Positions 56,006 to 64,000 of a stretch of 64,000 nt of DNA are shown here, piece by piece (position 1 is the first letter of the stretch; each line of letters begins with the position of its first letter). The position numbers and the translations under genes were made by a program. The notes below the pieces were generated by a model, which saw only the letters and a program-made list of their open reading frames with translations, was not told the origin of the DNA and ran no database searches. This DNA comes from Gammaproteobacteria bacterium (GTDB taxonomy: Bacteria; Pseudomonadota; Gammaproteobacteria; JABCZS01), in contig JBIOEA010000009.1 of assembly GCA_044445605.1 (NCBI GenBank), positions 2,314 to 66,313 of the forward strand, given 5' to 3'.

Positions 56006-57124
56006 TTATACCGGCTTTAATAAGGGCAACGCTTCCCAAATAATGAACGGTGTCAAACGACGTTTATAGCGACTAAGGTCATCATAATACAGCACATCAT
56101 ACACGCTTTGTCCCTTAGGAAAATGTTGATTCGCTCGATGCAAAGAACGATAACGAGGAACAATGCCAACACTGTCCATGCCAAGTAAACGTTTGCGTAT
56201 ACCTTCAGGGTCGTTAATGCTAATAGGCAAGCCTGCTTTGTGAAGCGCCAAAAACATGCAGAGAGTTTCTTTCAGTCGACCAATTGAAGGGCCATTTAAC
56301 ACAATGGTAAAGCCTTCTTTCCGATACATGGGCCGCATAACATACAAATCAATGTGGGTGGTATTACCTCCTCGCTTAATTTCCCAAGGATGCCCCCCTC
56401 TCATTTTTTTAGGATGACTGCCATCAATCCATGCAGCAAATTCTTCTTCTGAATTTGGATCAATATCGAGCAACCCTTCATGCCGACCATCGGCATACTG
56501 ACGATACATTTGGCAACCCGTTAATGTCTCATCAACAGGATTATTATCGCTTTGAGCAGCAATATAAGCAATTTTGCAATACTCAAAATAATCATTCGCA
56601 GTCATCGATGGGCGGGTAGTATTTTTATCGTCACTAAAATAACGGGATTCCAACAATTGAACAAACTGGTTTGTGCTGTCAGCGCCCAGGTCATGATCAA
56701 GCCGATAGAAATCCTTTAAAGAGGCATTGACAAGTGCTTTAGGTAATACGCCATAGCGCCGGTTTAAAGGGTACAATTCATATACTTTATGGTTAGCTTT
56801 GATCCAGTTTTTTTTGACAGCACCTAACCATTTCAAAGCATCAGGAATCAATTTTTCCCATGCTTCGATGCCTCCCTCTGAAAACATGCCTAATCGGTCG
56901 CTGTCAACCTTGACGTTATTATCAGACAAAATCTCTAGTCTGCATGTATGGCCATCCAAGTGGTCGATATAAAACGTATCCTGATACTTGAGCACTCGAA
57001 TGTGATACCACTGATTTTTTGCATCAGGAAAAATGATATGCCAAATACGATCTATTGACTCAAGCTCATAATCAAATTGTGTCAATTTATTTAAAAAAAT
57101 GTTGATTTTGTTTTCGATGTTCAT
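56006..57124 (-). CDS. Hypothetical protein (372 aa), translationally coupled to purK
   Basis: Long ORF with no recognised domain. Its start ATG overlaps the purK stop (ATATGA, 4-bp overlap). The DNA is moderately AT-rich. Confidence 0.5.
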   Translation of the reverse strand: MNIENKINIFLNKLTQFDYELESIDRIWHIIFPDAKNQWYHIRVLKYQDTFYIDHLDGHTCRLEILSDNNVKVDSDRLGMFSEGGIEAWEKLIPDALKWLGAVKKNWIKANHKVYELYPLNRRYGVLPKALVNASLKDFYRLDHDLGADSTNQFVQLLESRYFSDDKNTTRPSMTANDYFEYCKIAYIAAQSDNNPVDETLTGCQMYRQYADGRHEGLLDIDPNSEEEFAAWIDGSHPKKMRGGHPWEIKRGGNTTHIDLYVMRPMYRKEGFTIVLNGPSIGRLKETLCMFLALHKAGLPISINDPEGIRKRLLGMDSVGIVPRYRSLHRANQHFPKGQSVYDVLYYDDLSRYKRRLTPFIIWEALPLLKPV

Positions 57125-58155
57125 ATATCGCTCACCACGGTCACATGGCCAACCTTGCGCAGTGGTTTCACTTCCTTCCCATACAAATGATAAAAAACAT
57201 TCGGATCGTTTTTCATCGCTGAAGGCTCAGGTAATTCACCAATGTAATTGTGCATCACACTGTATCCGCGCGCTTCGCAAGATCCCAATGGCATCCCCGT
57301 GATCGCACGCAAATGATTTTCAAACTGCGAGGTTTCAGCGCCTTCAATCGTCCAATGCCCACTGTTATGAACGCGCGGGGCCATTTCATTTCCCACCAAT
57401 CCATTGGACGTTACAAAAAATTCAATCGTTAATACGCCCACATAATCCAACACATCGAACAGCGCTTTCATGTGCTTTTGCGCAGCTATCGTCAAGGCGT
57501 CATTCAAATAGGGCGCTTTTGTTGTCCGCAAGATCCCTTCTTTATGTGTATTTTCACACAGAGGATAAAATGCGGCTTCACCCGTTGTACTTCGCACACC
57601 AATCAAAGATACTTCTCGCTCAAAAGAAACCAAGCCTTCATAAATCAGCGCAGCCGGAGAAAGTGCTTTCACGCCCGCAATCAAATCGTCTTCCGTGTAA
57701 CAACGCACTTGGCCTTTGCCGTCATAACCTAATCGACGCGTTTTTAAAATGCCCGGCAACCCAATTTTTTTTATCGCTGCGGGAATATCGTCTTCTGAAT
57801 CGATGGCGTAAAATGGCGCAGGCGACAATCCAATCTCTTCAAATAATTGTTTTTCGAGTAATCGATCTTGCGCGATAGCCAATGCTTTCACGGGCGGACG
57901 TAATGGTTTTTGCGCTGCCAAATACTCAGCAAATTCTAAGGGAATATTTTCGGTTTCAATAGTGATGATATCGACATCACTGATAAATCCATTCGCATAT
58001 TCAGCGCTTAACATCGGCACAATACAAAGCTCCGATTCACGCCCTGCACATTCGTCTGGCGATAAGGCTAAACACACTGTTTCGATGTCTAATGCCTTGG
58101 CCGCTTGTGCCGTCATTTGAGCCAATTGACCCGCGCCCACAATCCCAATGCGCAT
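57121..58155 (-). CDS. purK: N5-carboxyaminoimidazole ribonucleotide synthase
   Basis: ATP-grasp enzyme with [14 protein letters not shown]... and a conserved C-terminal region. Confidence 0.85.
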   Translation of the reverse strand: MRIGIVGAGQLAQMTAQAAKALDIETVCLALSPDECAGRESELCIVPMLSAEYANGFISDVDIITIETENIPLEFAEYLAAQKPLRPPVKALAIAQDRLLEKQLFEEIGLSPAPFYAIDSEDDIPAAIKKIGLPGILKTRRLGYDGKGQVRCYTEDDLIAGVKALSPAALIYEGLVSFEREVSLIGVRSTTGEAAFYPLCENTHKEGILRTTKAPYLNDALTIAAQKHMKALFDVLDYVGVLTIEFFVTSNGLVGNEMAPRVHNSGHWTIEGAETSQFENHLRAITGMPLGSCEARGYSVMHNYIGELPEPSAMKNDPNVFYHLYGKEVKPLRKVGHVTVVSDI

Positions 58156-58649
58156 TATTTATCCTTGAGTGTTTGAGATAATACATCATCCGTTTGTTTC
58201 GCACGGAAGGCTTTCAAGCGGGCGCACAATGCCTCATCTTCCAACGCCAAAATGCTCGCTGCGAGCAGGGCCGCATTCTTGGCGCCAGCCACACCAATCG
58301 CCAAGGTGGCCACTGGAATACCTGCAGGCATCTGGACGATGGACAGTAAAGAATCTAGCCCATTCAACGCTGCAGATTGCACGGGCACACCCAAGACGGG
58401 CAGGTGCGTTTTTGAAGCCATCATGCCAGGCAAATGAGCCGCGCCGCCAGCTCCGGCAATAATTATTTTAATGCCACGTTCAGCCGCAGTTTCAGCATAT
58501 TCAAAGAGTAAATCAGGGGTGCGATGTGCCGACACAATACGATATTCGTGAGGAATTTCAAGCAGTTCAAGGAAAGCATGTGCGTGCTGCATCGTTTCCC
58601 AATCAGACTCTGAACCCATCACTATTCCCACATGAGGTGACTGTGCCAT
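58155..58649 (-). CDS. purE: N5-carboxyaminoimidazole ribonucleotide mutase
   Basis: [11 protein letters not shown]...[17 protein letters not shown] are the canonical PurE motifs. Confidence 0.9.
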   Translation of the reverse strand: MAQSPHVGIVMGSESDWETMQHAHAFLELLEIPHEYRIVSAHRTPDLLFEYAETAAERGIKIIIAGAGGAAHLPGMMASKTHLPVLGVPVQSAALNGLDSLLSIVQMPAGIPVATLAIGVAGAKNAALLAASILALEDEALCARLKAFRAKQTDDVLSQTLKDK

Positions 58650-58789
58650 CTTGAAAACTCCCCCGTTCTGTATAAGATGTAACTAAGATAAGAGTGTATT
58701 CTAAAAATATTCCCCTGCCCACTCTTTTTTTGGCATAATACGCTTCCAAAAATGTTATCCTGAGTCACCTTAAACTAGGGAGAGTCGCT

Positions 58790-59893
58790 ATGATGAAACG
58801 CTTACTACTGACCTGCGTCGGGCTTTGTCTTGCTGCACACAGCGCTCTTGCTGAGAACGCTCCTGCGCCCACGTCTTCCAAGCTTTATATCTATAACTGG
58901 TCAGAGTATTTTGCGCCGGATACCCTCGAAAAGTTTGAGAAAGAAACAGGTATCAAGGTCGTCTACGACGTCTACGACAGCAATGACATGCTCGAAGCCA
59001 AACTCTATGCCGGCAACACGGGCTATGACCTGGTGTTCCCCACCAACTTCCCTTATTTTTTCCGTCAGCTCAATGCAGGCGTTTATCAGCCGTTGGATAC
59101 CGCCAAGCTGCCCGATCTTAAAAATGCTGATCCAGCCCTCGTCAATCCTTTAAAGAAAGATGGCAAGCTCTATGCCACACCCTATATGTGGGGCATGTTC
59201 AGCATCGGCGTGAACGTCGATAAAGTAGCGCCACTGTTTGACGGCAAAATTCCTGACAGCTGGGCGCTCATTTTTGATCCCGAAAACATGAAGAAGCTCT
59301 CCAGCTGCAAAGTGGCCTTCGTGGATTCCCCTGTGTATGTCTACCCGATTCTGATGAACTTCCTCGGGCTGCCACGCAACAGCACGGACTACGCTCAATA
59401 TGAGAAAGCTTCTGCCGTCATGCGCAGCATACGCCCCTACATCACCTACTTCCATGATTCCCAATACATGAATGACCTCGCCAATGGAAATGTCTGTGTG
59501 GCTTTTGGTTGGTCTGGAGACCTGGTGCTGGCACGTAATCGCGCGAAGGAATCCGGCAACAAGGTCAACATTCAAGTCATCAACCCCAAAGAAGGCTCCT
59601 TGCTCTTGTACGACGTCATCGCCATGCCCAAAGATGCTAAGAACGTGGATGCCGCTCTCCAGTTCATGAACTTCTTAATGCGCCCAGACATCGCTGCTGA
59701 AATCACCGATTATGTCGGCTTCCCGAATGCAGTCCCTAGCTCTACCAAGTTATTAGCGCCTGGCGTAGCGGAAGACCCCGCTGTCTACCCACCTGAGACT
59801 ATCCGTAAAGCCATGTTCACGCCTGCTGAGCTGCCACTCCCACTGGAAAAGCAGCTGCATCGCGATTGGGCTAGAATGAAAGCAAGCAGGTAG
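58790..59893 (+). CDS. potF: Putrescine/spermidine ABC transporter periplasmic binding protein (PotF/PotD family)
   Basis: Signal peptide, LYIYNWSEYF, and overall PotF-like length. Confidence 0.8.
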   Translation: MMKRLLLTCVGLCLAAHSALAENAPAPTSSKLYIYNWSEYFAPDTLEKFEKETGIKVVYDVYDSNDMLEAKLYAGNTGYDLVFPTNFPYFFRQLNAGVYQPLDTAKLPDLKNADPALVNPLKKDGKLYATPYMWGMFSIGVNVDKVAPLFDGKIPDSWALIFDPENMKKLSSCKVAFVDSPVYVYPILMNFLGLPRNSTDYAQYEKASAVMRSIRPYITYFHDSQYMNDLANGNVCVAFGWSGDLVLARNRAKESGNKVNIQVINPKEGSLLLYDVIAMPKDAKNVDAALQFMNFLMRPDIAAEITDYVGFPNAVPSSTKLLAPGVAEDPAVYPPETIRKAMFTPAELPLPLEKQLHRDWARMKASR

Positions 59894-59901
59894 GGAACTC
59901 C

Positions 59902-61008
59902 ATGGAACAAAAACCCAAGAAAGAAAATTATATCCGCATTGAAGGGATCACTAAGCGTTACGACCGCGTCACCGCGGTCGATAACGTGAACTTGAGCATC
60001 CGTCAAGGCGAGATTTTCAGCTTGATGGGCAGTTCGGGTTGTGGCAAATCAACCTTGCTTCAACTGTTGGCTGGGCTTGAAACCCCAACCAAAGGACGCA
60101 TTCTCATCGATGGGGAAGACATGACCGAAGTGCCAGCGCACTTGCGTCCTGTCAACATGATGTTCCAGTCCTACGCTTTGTTCCCCCACATGACCGTCTG
60201 GCAAAACATTGCCTTCGGCTTGCAACAAGATAAACTCAACAAAGCTGAAATCGAACAACGCGTGGATGAAATGCTCGACATTGTCCGTATGTCTGATTAT
60301 CGCCACGAAAAGCCACATACATTATCTGGCGGGCAACGTCAGCGCGTCGCACTGGCACGCAGCTTGGCAAAACGTCCGAAATTATTATTGCTTGATGAAC
60401 CGATGGGCGCCCTCGACAAGAATCTTCGCGACCGTATGCAGCTGGAAGTGGTCAGCATTCTTGAAAAATTAGGCGTAACCTGCCTTATTGTGACACACGA
60501 TCAAGACGAAGCAATGACCATGTCCGAACGCATTGCGATCATGGACAAAGGTGAAATCATCCAAATTGGCACACCGAAAGAAGTGTATGAGTATCCGAAC
60601 TGCACGTTCAGCGCCCAATTCTTGGGCTCGGTCAATATTTTCAAAGGCATCATTGCGCCTGATCAAGACGACATCACACTGATTCACGTGCCCGATCTGC
60701 AAAACGATGTTGCCCTCGATCGTTCACTGTCATTACCTGAAGATTTGGCGGTGTTCGTTGCCGTACGGCCCGAAAAAGTTTCGCTATCCCTCGAGCACCC
60801 TGGTGTGTCGCACAATGTGGCCAAGGGCTACGTGCGCGATATCGCTTACATGGGCAGCCATTCGATTTATCACGTGATTCTCGACTCAGGCAAAAAGCTC
60901 GAAGCCAACGTGTACCACAGCGATCGCTTTATTTCTGAACCCATTACCTGGGACGATAAAATTTATGTTCATTTTCAACCAGAAAGCGCGGTGGTGTTGC
61001 AAGGATGA
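59902..61008 (+). CDS. potG: Polyamine ABC transporter ATP-binding protein (PotG/PotA)
   Basis: Walker A GSSGCGKST, LSGGQRQR, Walker B LLLDEP, and a C-terminal TOBE domain. Confidence 0.85.
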   Translation: MEQKPKKENYIRIEGITKRYDRVTAVDNVNLSIRQGEIFSLMGSSGCGKSTLLQLLAGLETPTKGRILIDGEDMTEVPAHLRPVNMMFQSYALFPHMTVWQNIAFGLQQDKLNKAEIEQRVDEMLDIVRMSDYRHEKPHTLSGGQRQRVALARSLAKRPKLLLLDEPMGALDKNLRDRMQLEVVSILEKLGVTCLIVTHDQDEAMTMSERIAIMDKGEIIQIGTPKEVYEYPNCTFSAQFLGSVNIFKGIIAPDQDDITLIHVPDLQNDVALDRSLSLPEDLAVFVAVRPEKVSLSLEHPGVSHNVAKGYVRDIAYMGSHSIYHVILDSGKKLEANVYHSDRFISEPITWDDKIYVHFQPESAVVLQG

Positions 61009-61919
61009 TCACAAACAGCCTTAAAAAATTCTTTTTTTCGGGAAGAACATGGGTGTTTGGGATCCCCTATTTTTGGTTGTTACTTTTTCTAGCGCTACCC
61101 TTTTTGATGATCTTCCGTTTGAGCTTCAGCCAAATGGCATTTCAAGTGCCTCCCTATGAACCGCTGGTCAGCATTCAAAATTTCATGGTGACGTTTCATA
61201 TTAATCTCAACAATTACCGCACCATTCTACTGGACCCTTTTTATGTGTCCGCCTATTTCACCTCGCTGAAAGTAGCCTTCTTTTCGACGATTGGCTGTCT
61301 ACTGATTGGTTACCCGATGGCCTATTGCATTGCACGCGCAGAAGGGCCTGTCCGCTCACTGTTATTGACGTTGGTTGTTTTACCCTCTTGGACTTCCTTT
61401 CTATTGCGCGTGTATGCCTGGATGGGCATCTTGCAGGAAACAGGCCTGCTCAACCAGTTATTACTGAAGCTCCATATTATTTCGACGCCGATACAATTTT
61501 TATATACGCCGTTTGCCGTTTATTTAGGCATTATTTACGCGTACCTGCCTTTCATGATTTTGCCCTTATATGTCTCGATTTCCAAACTGGATTGGACCCT
61601 ATTACAAGCGGCCTCTGATCTGGGCGCCAAACCTTGGAATGCATTCTTGCGCATCACCTTGCCACTGACCATGCCGGGCATCATCACGGGCAGCTTACTC
61701 GTCTTCATTCCGGCAGTGGGTGAATTTGTTATTCCTGATTTATTAGGCGGTTCAAGCACCACCATGATTGGCCGCGTATTATGGCAAGAATTCTTCAACA
61801 ATCGTGACTGGCCATTGGCTGCGTCGCTAGCAACCATCATGTTGTTCCTATTGTTGGTGCCTATTTATCTCTTCTCTCGTCATGAGGAAAAACAACAAGA
61901 GCGGGGCGATTATGTCTAA
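61005..61919 (+). CDS. potH: Polyamine ABC transporter permease (PotH/PotB)
   Basis: EAA-loop region AASDLGAKPWNAFLRITLP. It has a 4-bp overlap with the ATPase gene. Confidence 0.8.
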   Translation: MITNSLKKFFFSGRTWVFGIPYFWLLLFLALPFLMIFRLSFSQMAFQVPPYEPLVSIQNFMVTFHINLNNYRTILLDPFYVSAYFTSLKVAFFSTIGCLLIGYPMAYCIARAEGPVRSLLLTLVVLPSWTSFLLRVYAWMGILQETGLLNQLLLKLHIISTPIQFLYTPFAVYLGIIYAYLPFMILPLYVSISKLDWTLLQAASDLGAKPWNAFLRITLPLTMPGIITGSLLVFIPAVGEFVIPDLLGGSSTTMIGRVLWQEFFNNRDWPLAASLATIMLFLLLVPIYLFSRHEEKQQERGDYV

Positions 61920-62718
61920 AACATCACCACTCATAAAAACCTTGTCGCTGATGGGATACCTCTTTTTGTATTTACCAATCGTGCTGTTGGTTGTCTATTC
62001 ATTCAACAGCTCACGATTGGTGACCGTTTGGTCTGAATTTTCCTTCAAATGGTATGGCGAATTATTCAATGACACCCAATTATTAAATGCCGCCTGGACC
62101 AGTATTCGTATCGCACTGGCGAATGCATTTGGCGCCACCCTTCTAGGCACACTGGCGGGTTACGCGCTCACACGCTATCACATCAAAGGCAGCAGCGCCT
62201 TATTTAATTTGATGATCCGCGCGCCATTGGTTATTCCAGAAGTCATCATGGGCTTCTCATTACTTTTATTATTCGTCGGCATGGAAGATTGGTTTGGCGT
62301 CCCGCACGGTCGAGGCATGCTCACCATTTGGATTGCCCACATGACCCTAAGCGTGGCTTATGTGACCATGGTTGTGGTTGCGCGTTTACAAGAAATGGAT
62401 CGTAGCCTGATTTTGGCTGCCACGGATTTGGGGGCTAAACCACTGACGATTTTCCTACGCGTCACGTTGCCCGTGATTGCGCCTGCATTAGTCAGCGGGT
62501 GGTTGTTGGCGTTCACGTTATCGTTTGATGATCTGGTCATCGCGAGCTTTGTGTCTGGCCCGCAATCTACTACCTTACCGATGGCGGTGTATTCCAGCGT
62601 GCGCATGGGCGTGAGCCCCAAAATCAATGCATTGGCAACCTTGATGATCAGCATCGTAACGCTGATGGCCATTGTCTTCTGCGTCATCTCCATGAGATTA
62701 GAACGCAAAAAACATTAA
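61882..62718 (+). CDS. potI: Polyamine ABC transporter permease (PotI/PotC)
   Basis: EAA loop AATDLGAKPLTIFLRVTLP. Confidence 0.8.
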   Translation: MRKNNKSGAIMSKTSPLIKTLSLMGYLFLYLPIVLLVVYSFNSSRLVTVWSEFSFKWYGELFNDTQLLNAAWTSIRIALANAFGATLLGTLAGYALTRYHIKGSSALFNLMIRAPLVIPEVIMGFSLLLLFVGMEDWFGVPHGRGMLTIWIAHMTLSVAYVTMVVVARLQEMDRSLILAATDLGAKPLTIFLRVTLPVIAPALVSGWLLAFTLSFDDLVIASFVSGPQSTTLPMAVYSSVRMGVSPKINALATLMISIVTLMAIVFCVISMRLERKKH

Positions 62719-62748
62719 ACCTTTTCCTAAACCATAAGTGAGTCCCTC

Positions 62749-63714
62749 GTGTCTGGAACCTCGTTAACTGTTATCCATGGCTGGATTTTATATAGCCAAC
62801 CCGCGGCTCTTTTAAGTGATAAACATTATGAAATGCAGCGCTTTATCGAAACCGCGCCAGCACTCAATATCAAATTGCATATCATCAAACCTGAAACAGT
62901 CTCTTGGGTCATTGATACCAACGGCCCGCTTCAATTATTTGTGAATGGTGAACCACAAGAAACACCGCATTTTGTGATCCCACGTCAAGGTTACAATTCG
63001 ACGTATCCAGCGCTTGCGTTATTGAATACGCTCAGTGATCATGATGTATTTCTCTGTAACGATGCCAAGACGATTCAAGCTGCACGCGATAAATGTTTCA
63101 TGCATCAACAATTTGTGAAACATGGATTGCCGACACCGAAAACCATGCTGGCGCCATACCCCATTAATTACGCACAAGTCGAAAAAGATATTGGTTTCCC
63201 ACTGATTTTAAAGGCATTGAATGGCAGCCAGGGTAGGGGAGTCATGTTATGTGATACCCCAACGGCATTACAAGACATGCTCGAATTTATTTATTCGTAT
63301 GATCGTAAAGCGACGACATTGCTGCAAAGTTATGTTTCAGAAAGTCGCGGACGCGATTTGCGTGTTTTAGTGCTCGGCGGCAAAGTATTGGGTGTCGTGG
63401 AGCGATCATCGATGACAGAGTTTAAAGCGAATTTTTCCCGCGGTGGCAATGTTGCTCCGTATGCGATCGACGCAGAGATTGAACGCTTAGCCTTGATGGC
63501 CACTCAGGTGTCAGGGCTTCATATGGCTGGCGTCGACTTGCTTTTCACGCACACAGGCTACACGTTATGCGAAATTAATTCCGCACCTGGGTTTCAAGGT
63601 TTTGAAAAGGCAATGGGTGGGTCGATTGCGCAAGCAATATTAGAATATTGTTTGAGCAAGATAAATACTCAAGCCGTCATGGCGAGTAGCGCAATGCGTG
63701 ACGTGGCAATCTGA
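62749..63714 (+). CDS. RimK-family ATP-grasp ligase
   Basis: FPLILKALNGSQGRGVMLCD..., with ATP-grasp motifs in the C-terminal half (DLRVLVLGGKVLG, EINSAPG). Confidence 0.7.
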   Translation: MSGTSLTVIHGWILYSQPAALLSDKHYEMQRFIETAPALNIKLHIIKPETVSWVIDTNGPLQLFVNGEPQETPHFVIPRQGYNSTYPALALLNTLSDHDVFLCNDAKTIQAARDKCFMHQQFVKHGLPTPKTMLAPYPINYAQVEKDIGFPLILKALNGSQGRGVMLCDTPTALQDMLEFIYSYDRKATTLLQSYVSESRGRDLRVLVLGGKVLGVVERSSMTEFKANFSRGGNVAPYAIDAEIERLALMATQVSGLHMAGVDLLFTHTGYTLCEINSAPGFQGFEKAMGGSIAQAILEYCLSKINTQAVMASSAMRDVAI

Positions 63715-64000
63715 ATTCCCCGCGCAGATGCCACCCCTTGCTATTATGCGTGCGGCTTGAATAATGTTATTCAAATTCAAGTATTGTTCCAGCAAGCGAC
63801 AATAAAGCGAGTGTCGGCGCCAATGCGGTGTTGTTCTTATCGTGCCGGGACATATCTTGTCTGGCGAGCCTCCGATGCTGGAGCTTGCGCATGAGTTCCG
63901 CGTGAGCCCGACCTCGATGGTAGCGACCTAATGGCATCGATAAGAATGACACCGCAGTGGCAAGCCAGACGCGAGCGTTATATAGTGTGCAGCGCAGGAC

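Noticed and set aside
1-64000. CRISPR arrays, rRNA and tRNA genes
   Set aside because: I saw no regularly spaced direct repeats with unique spacers. No intergenic gap has cloverleaf or rRNA-like conserved sequence. The intergenic regions are mostly under 180 bp and are occupied by promoters or hairpins.

Overview
This 64 kb window looks like a chromosomal segment from a gammaproteobacterium. The smg-dprA / def-fmt-trkA-trkH block, nhaA, topA, znuACB, purEK and potFGHI give it a housekeeping backbone. The taxon is not resolved. Bulk GC is about 45% by eye, with several AT-rich (about 35-38%) accessory patches.

Two separate type IV filament systems sit on the minus strand.

(i) Positions 1-8173 hold a type IVb 'thin-pilus' cluster in the R64 / PAPI-1 / SPI-7 style. 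It encodes a PilL-like lipoprotein, a PilN-like secretin lipoprotein, PilO-like and PilP-like proteins, a PilQ-like ATPase, a PilR-like platform protein, a PilS-like prepilin and a partial PilV-like minor pilin. The cluster runs off the left edge of the window.

(ii) Positions 12903-26378 hold a complete MSHA-type type IVa pilus locus. It has split mshI (PilM-like and PilN-like halves), mshJ, mshK, the mshL secretin, mshM (ExeA-like AAA), mshN (TPR), and mshE with a clear two-motif MshEN c-di-GMP-binding N-terminus. It continues with mshG, two tandem paralogous major pilins, three pseudopilins, and a terminal 555-aa protein. That last protein has a PilX_N-like anchor plus about six or seven tandem repeats of roughly 44 aa, each carrying a Cys pair, so it is a putative beta-propeller tip adhesin. 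A BNR/Asp-box (sialidase-like) secreted protein, an outer-membrane barrel and a GGDEF cyclase lie immediately next to this locus.

Accessory content includes:
- a 1051-aa AT-rich orphan protein;
- a divergent S-adenosylhomocysteine-hydrolase-fold protein with a long Ser/Thr/Pro-rich C-terminal tail, which looks like a candidate eukaryote-interacting effector;
- an AbiEi/AbiEii-like pair with a perfect 10-bp inverted-repeat operator candidate upstream;
- a clear TraT (F-type surface exclusion) homologue;
- solitary BrnA-like and Phd/YefM-like antitoxin genes that lack toxin partners;
- a family of short dispersed hairpin repeats (GGGCGAAA-N4-TTTCGCCC-CTAC) at three or more sites, plus a dense hairpin cluster between traT and znuA.

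I found no rRNA, tRNA or CRISPR array.
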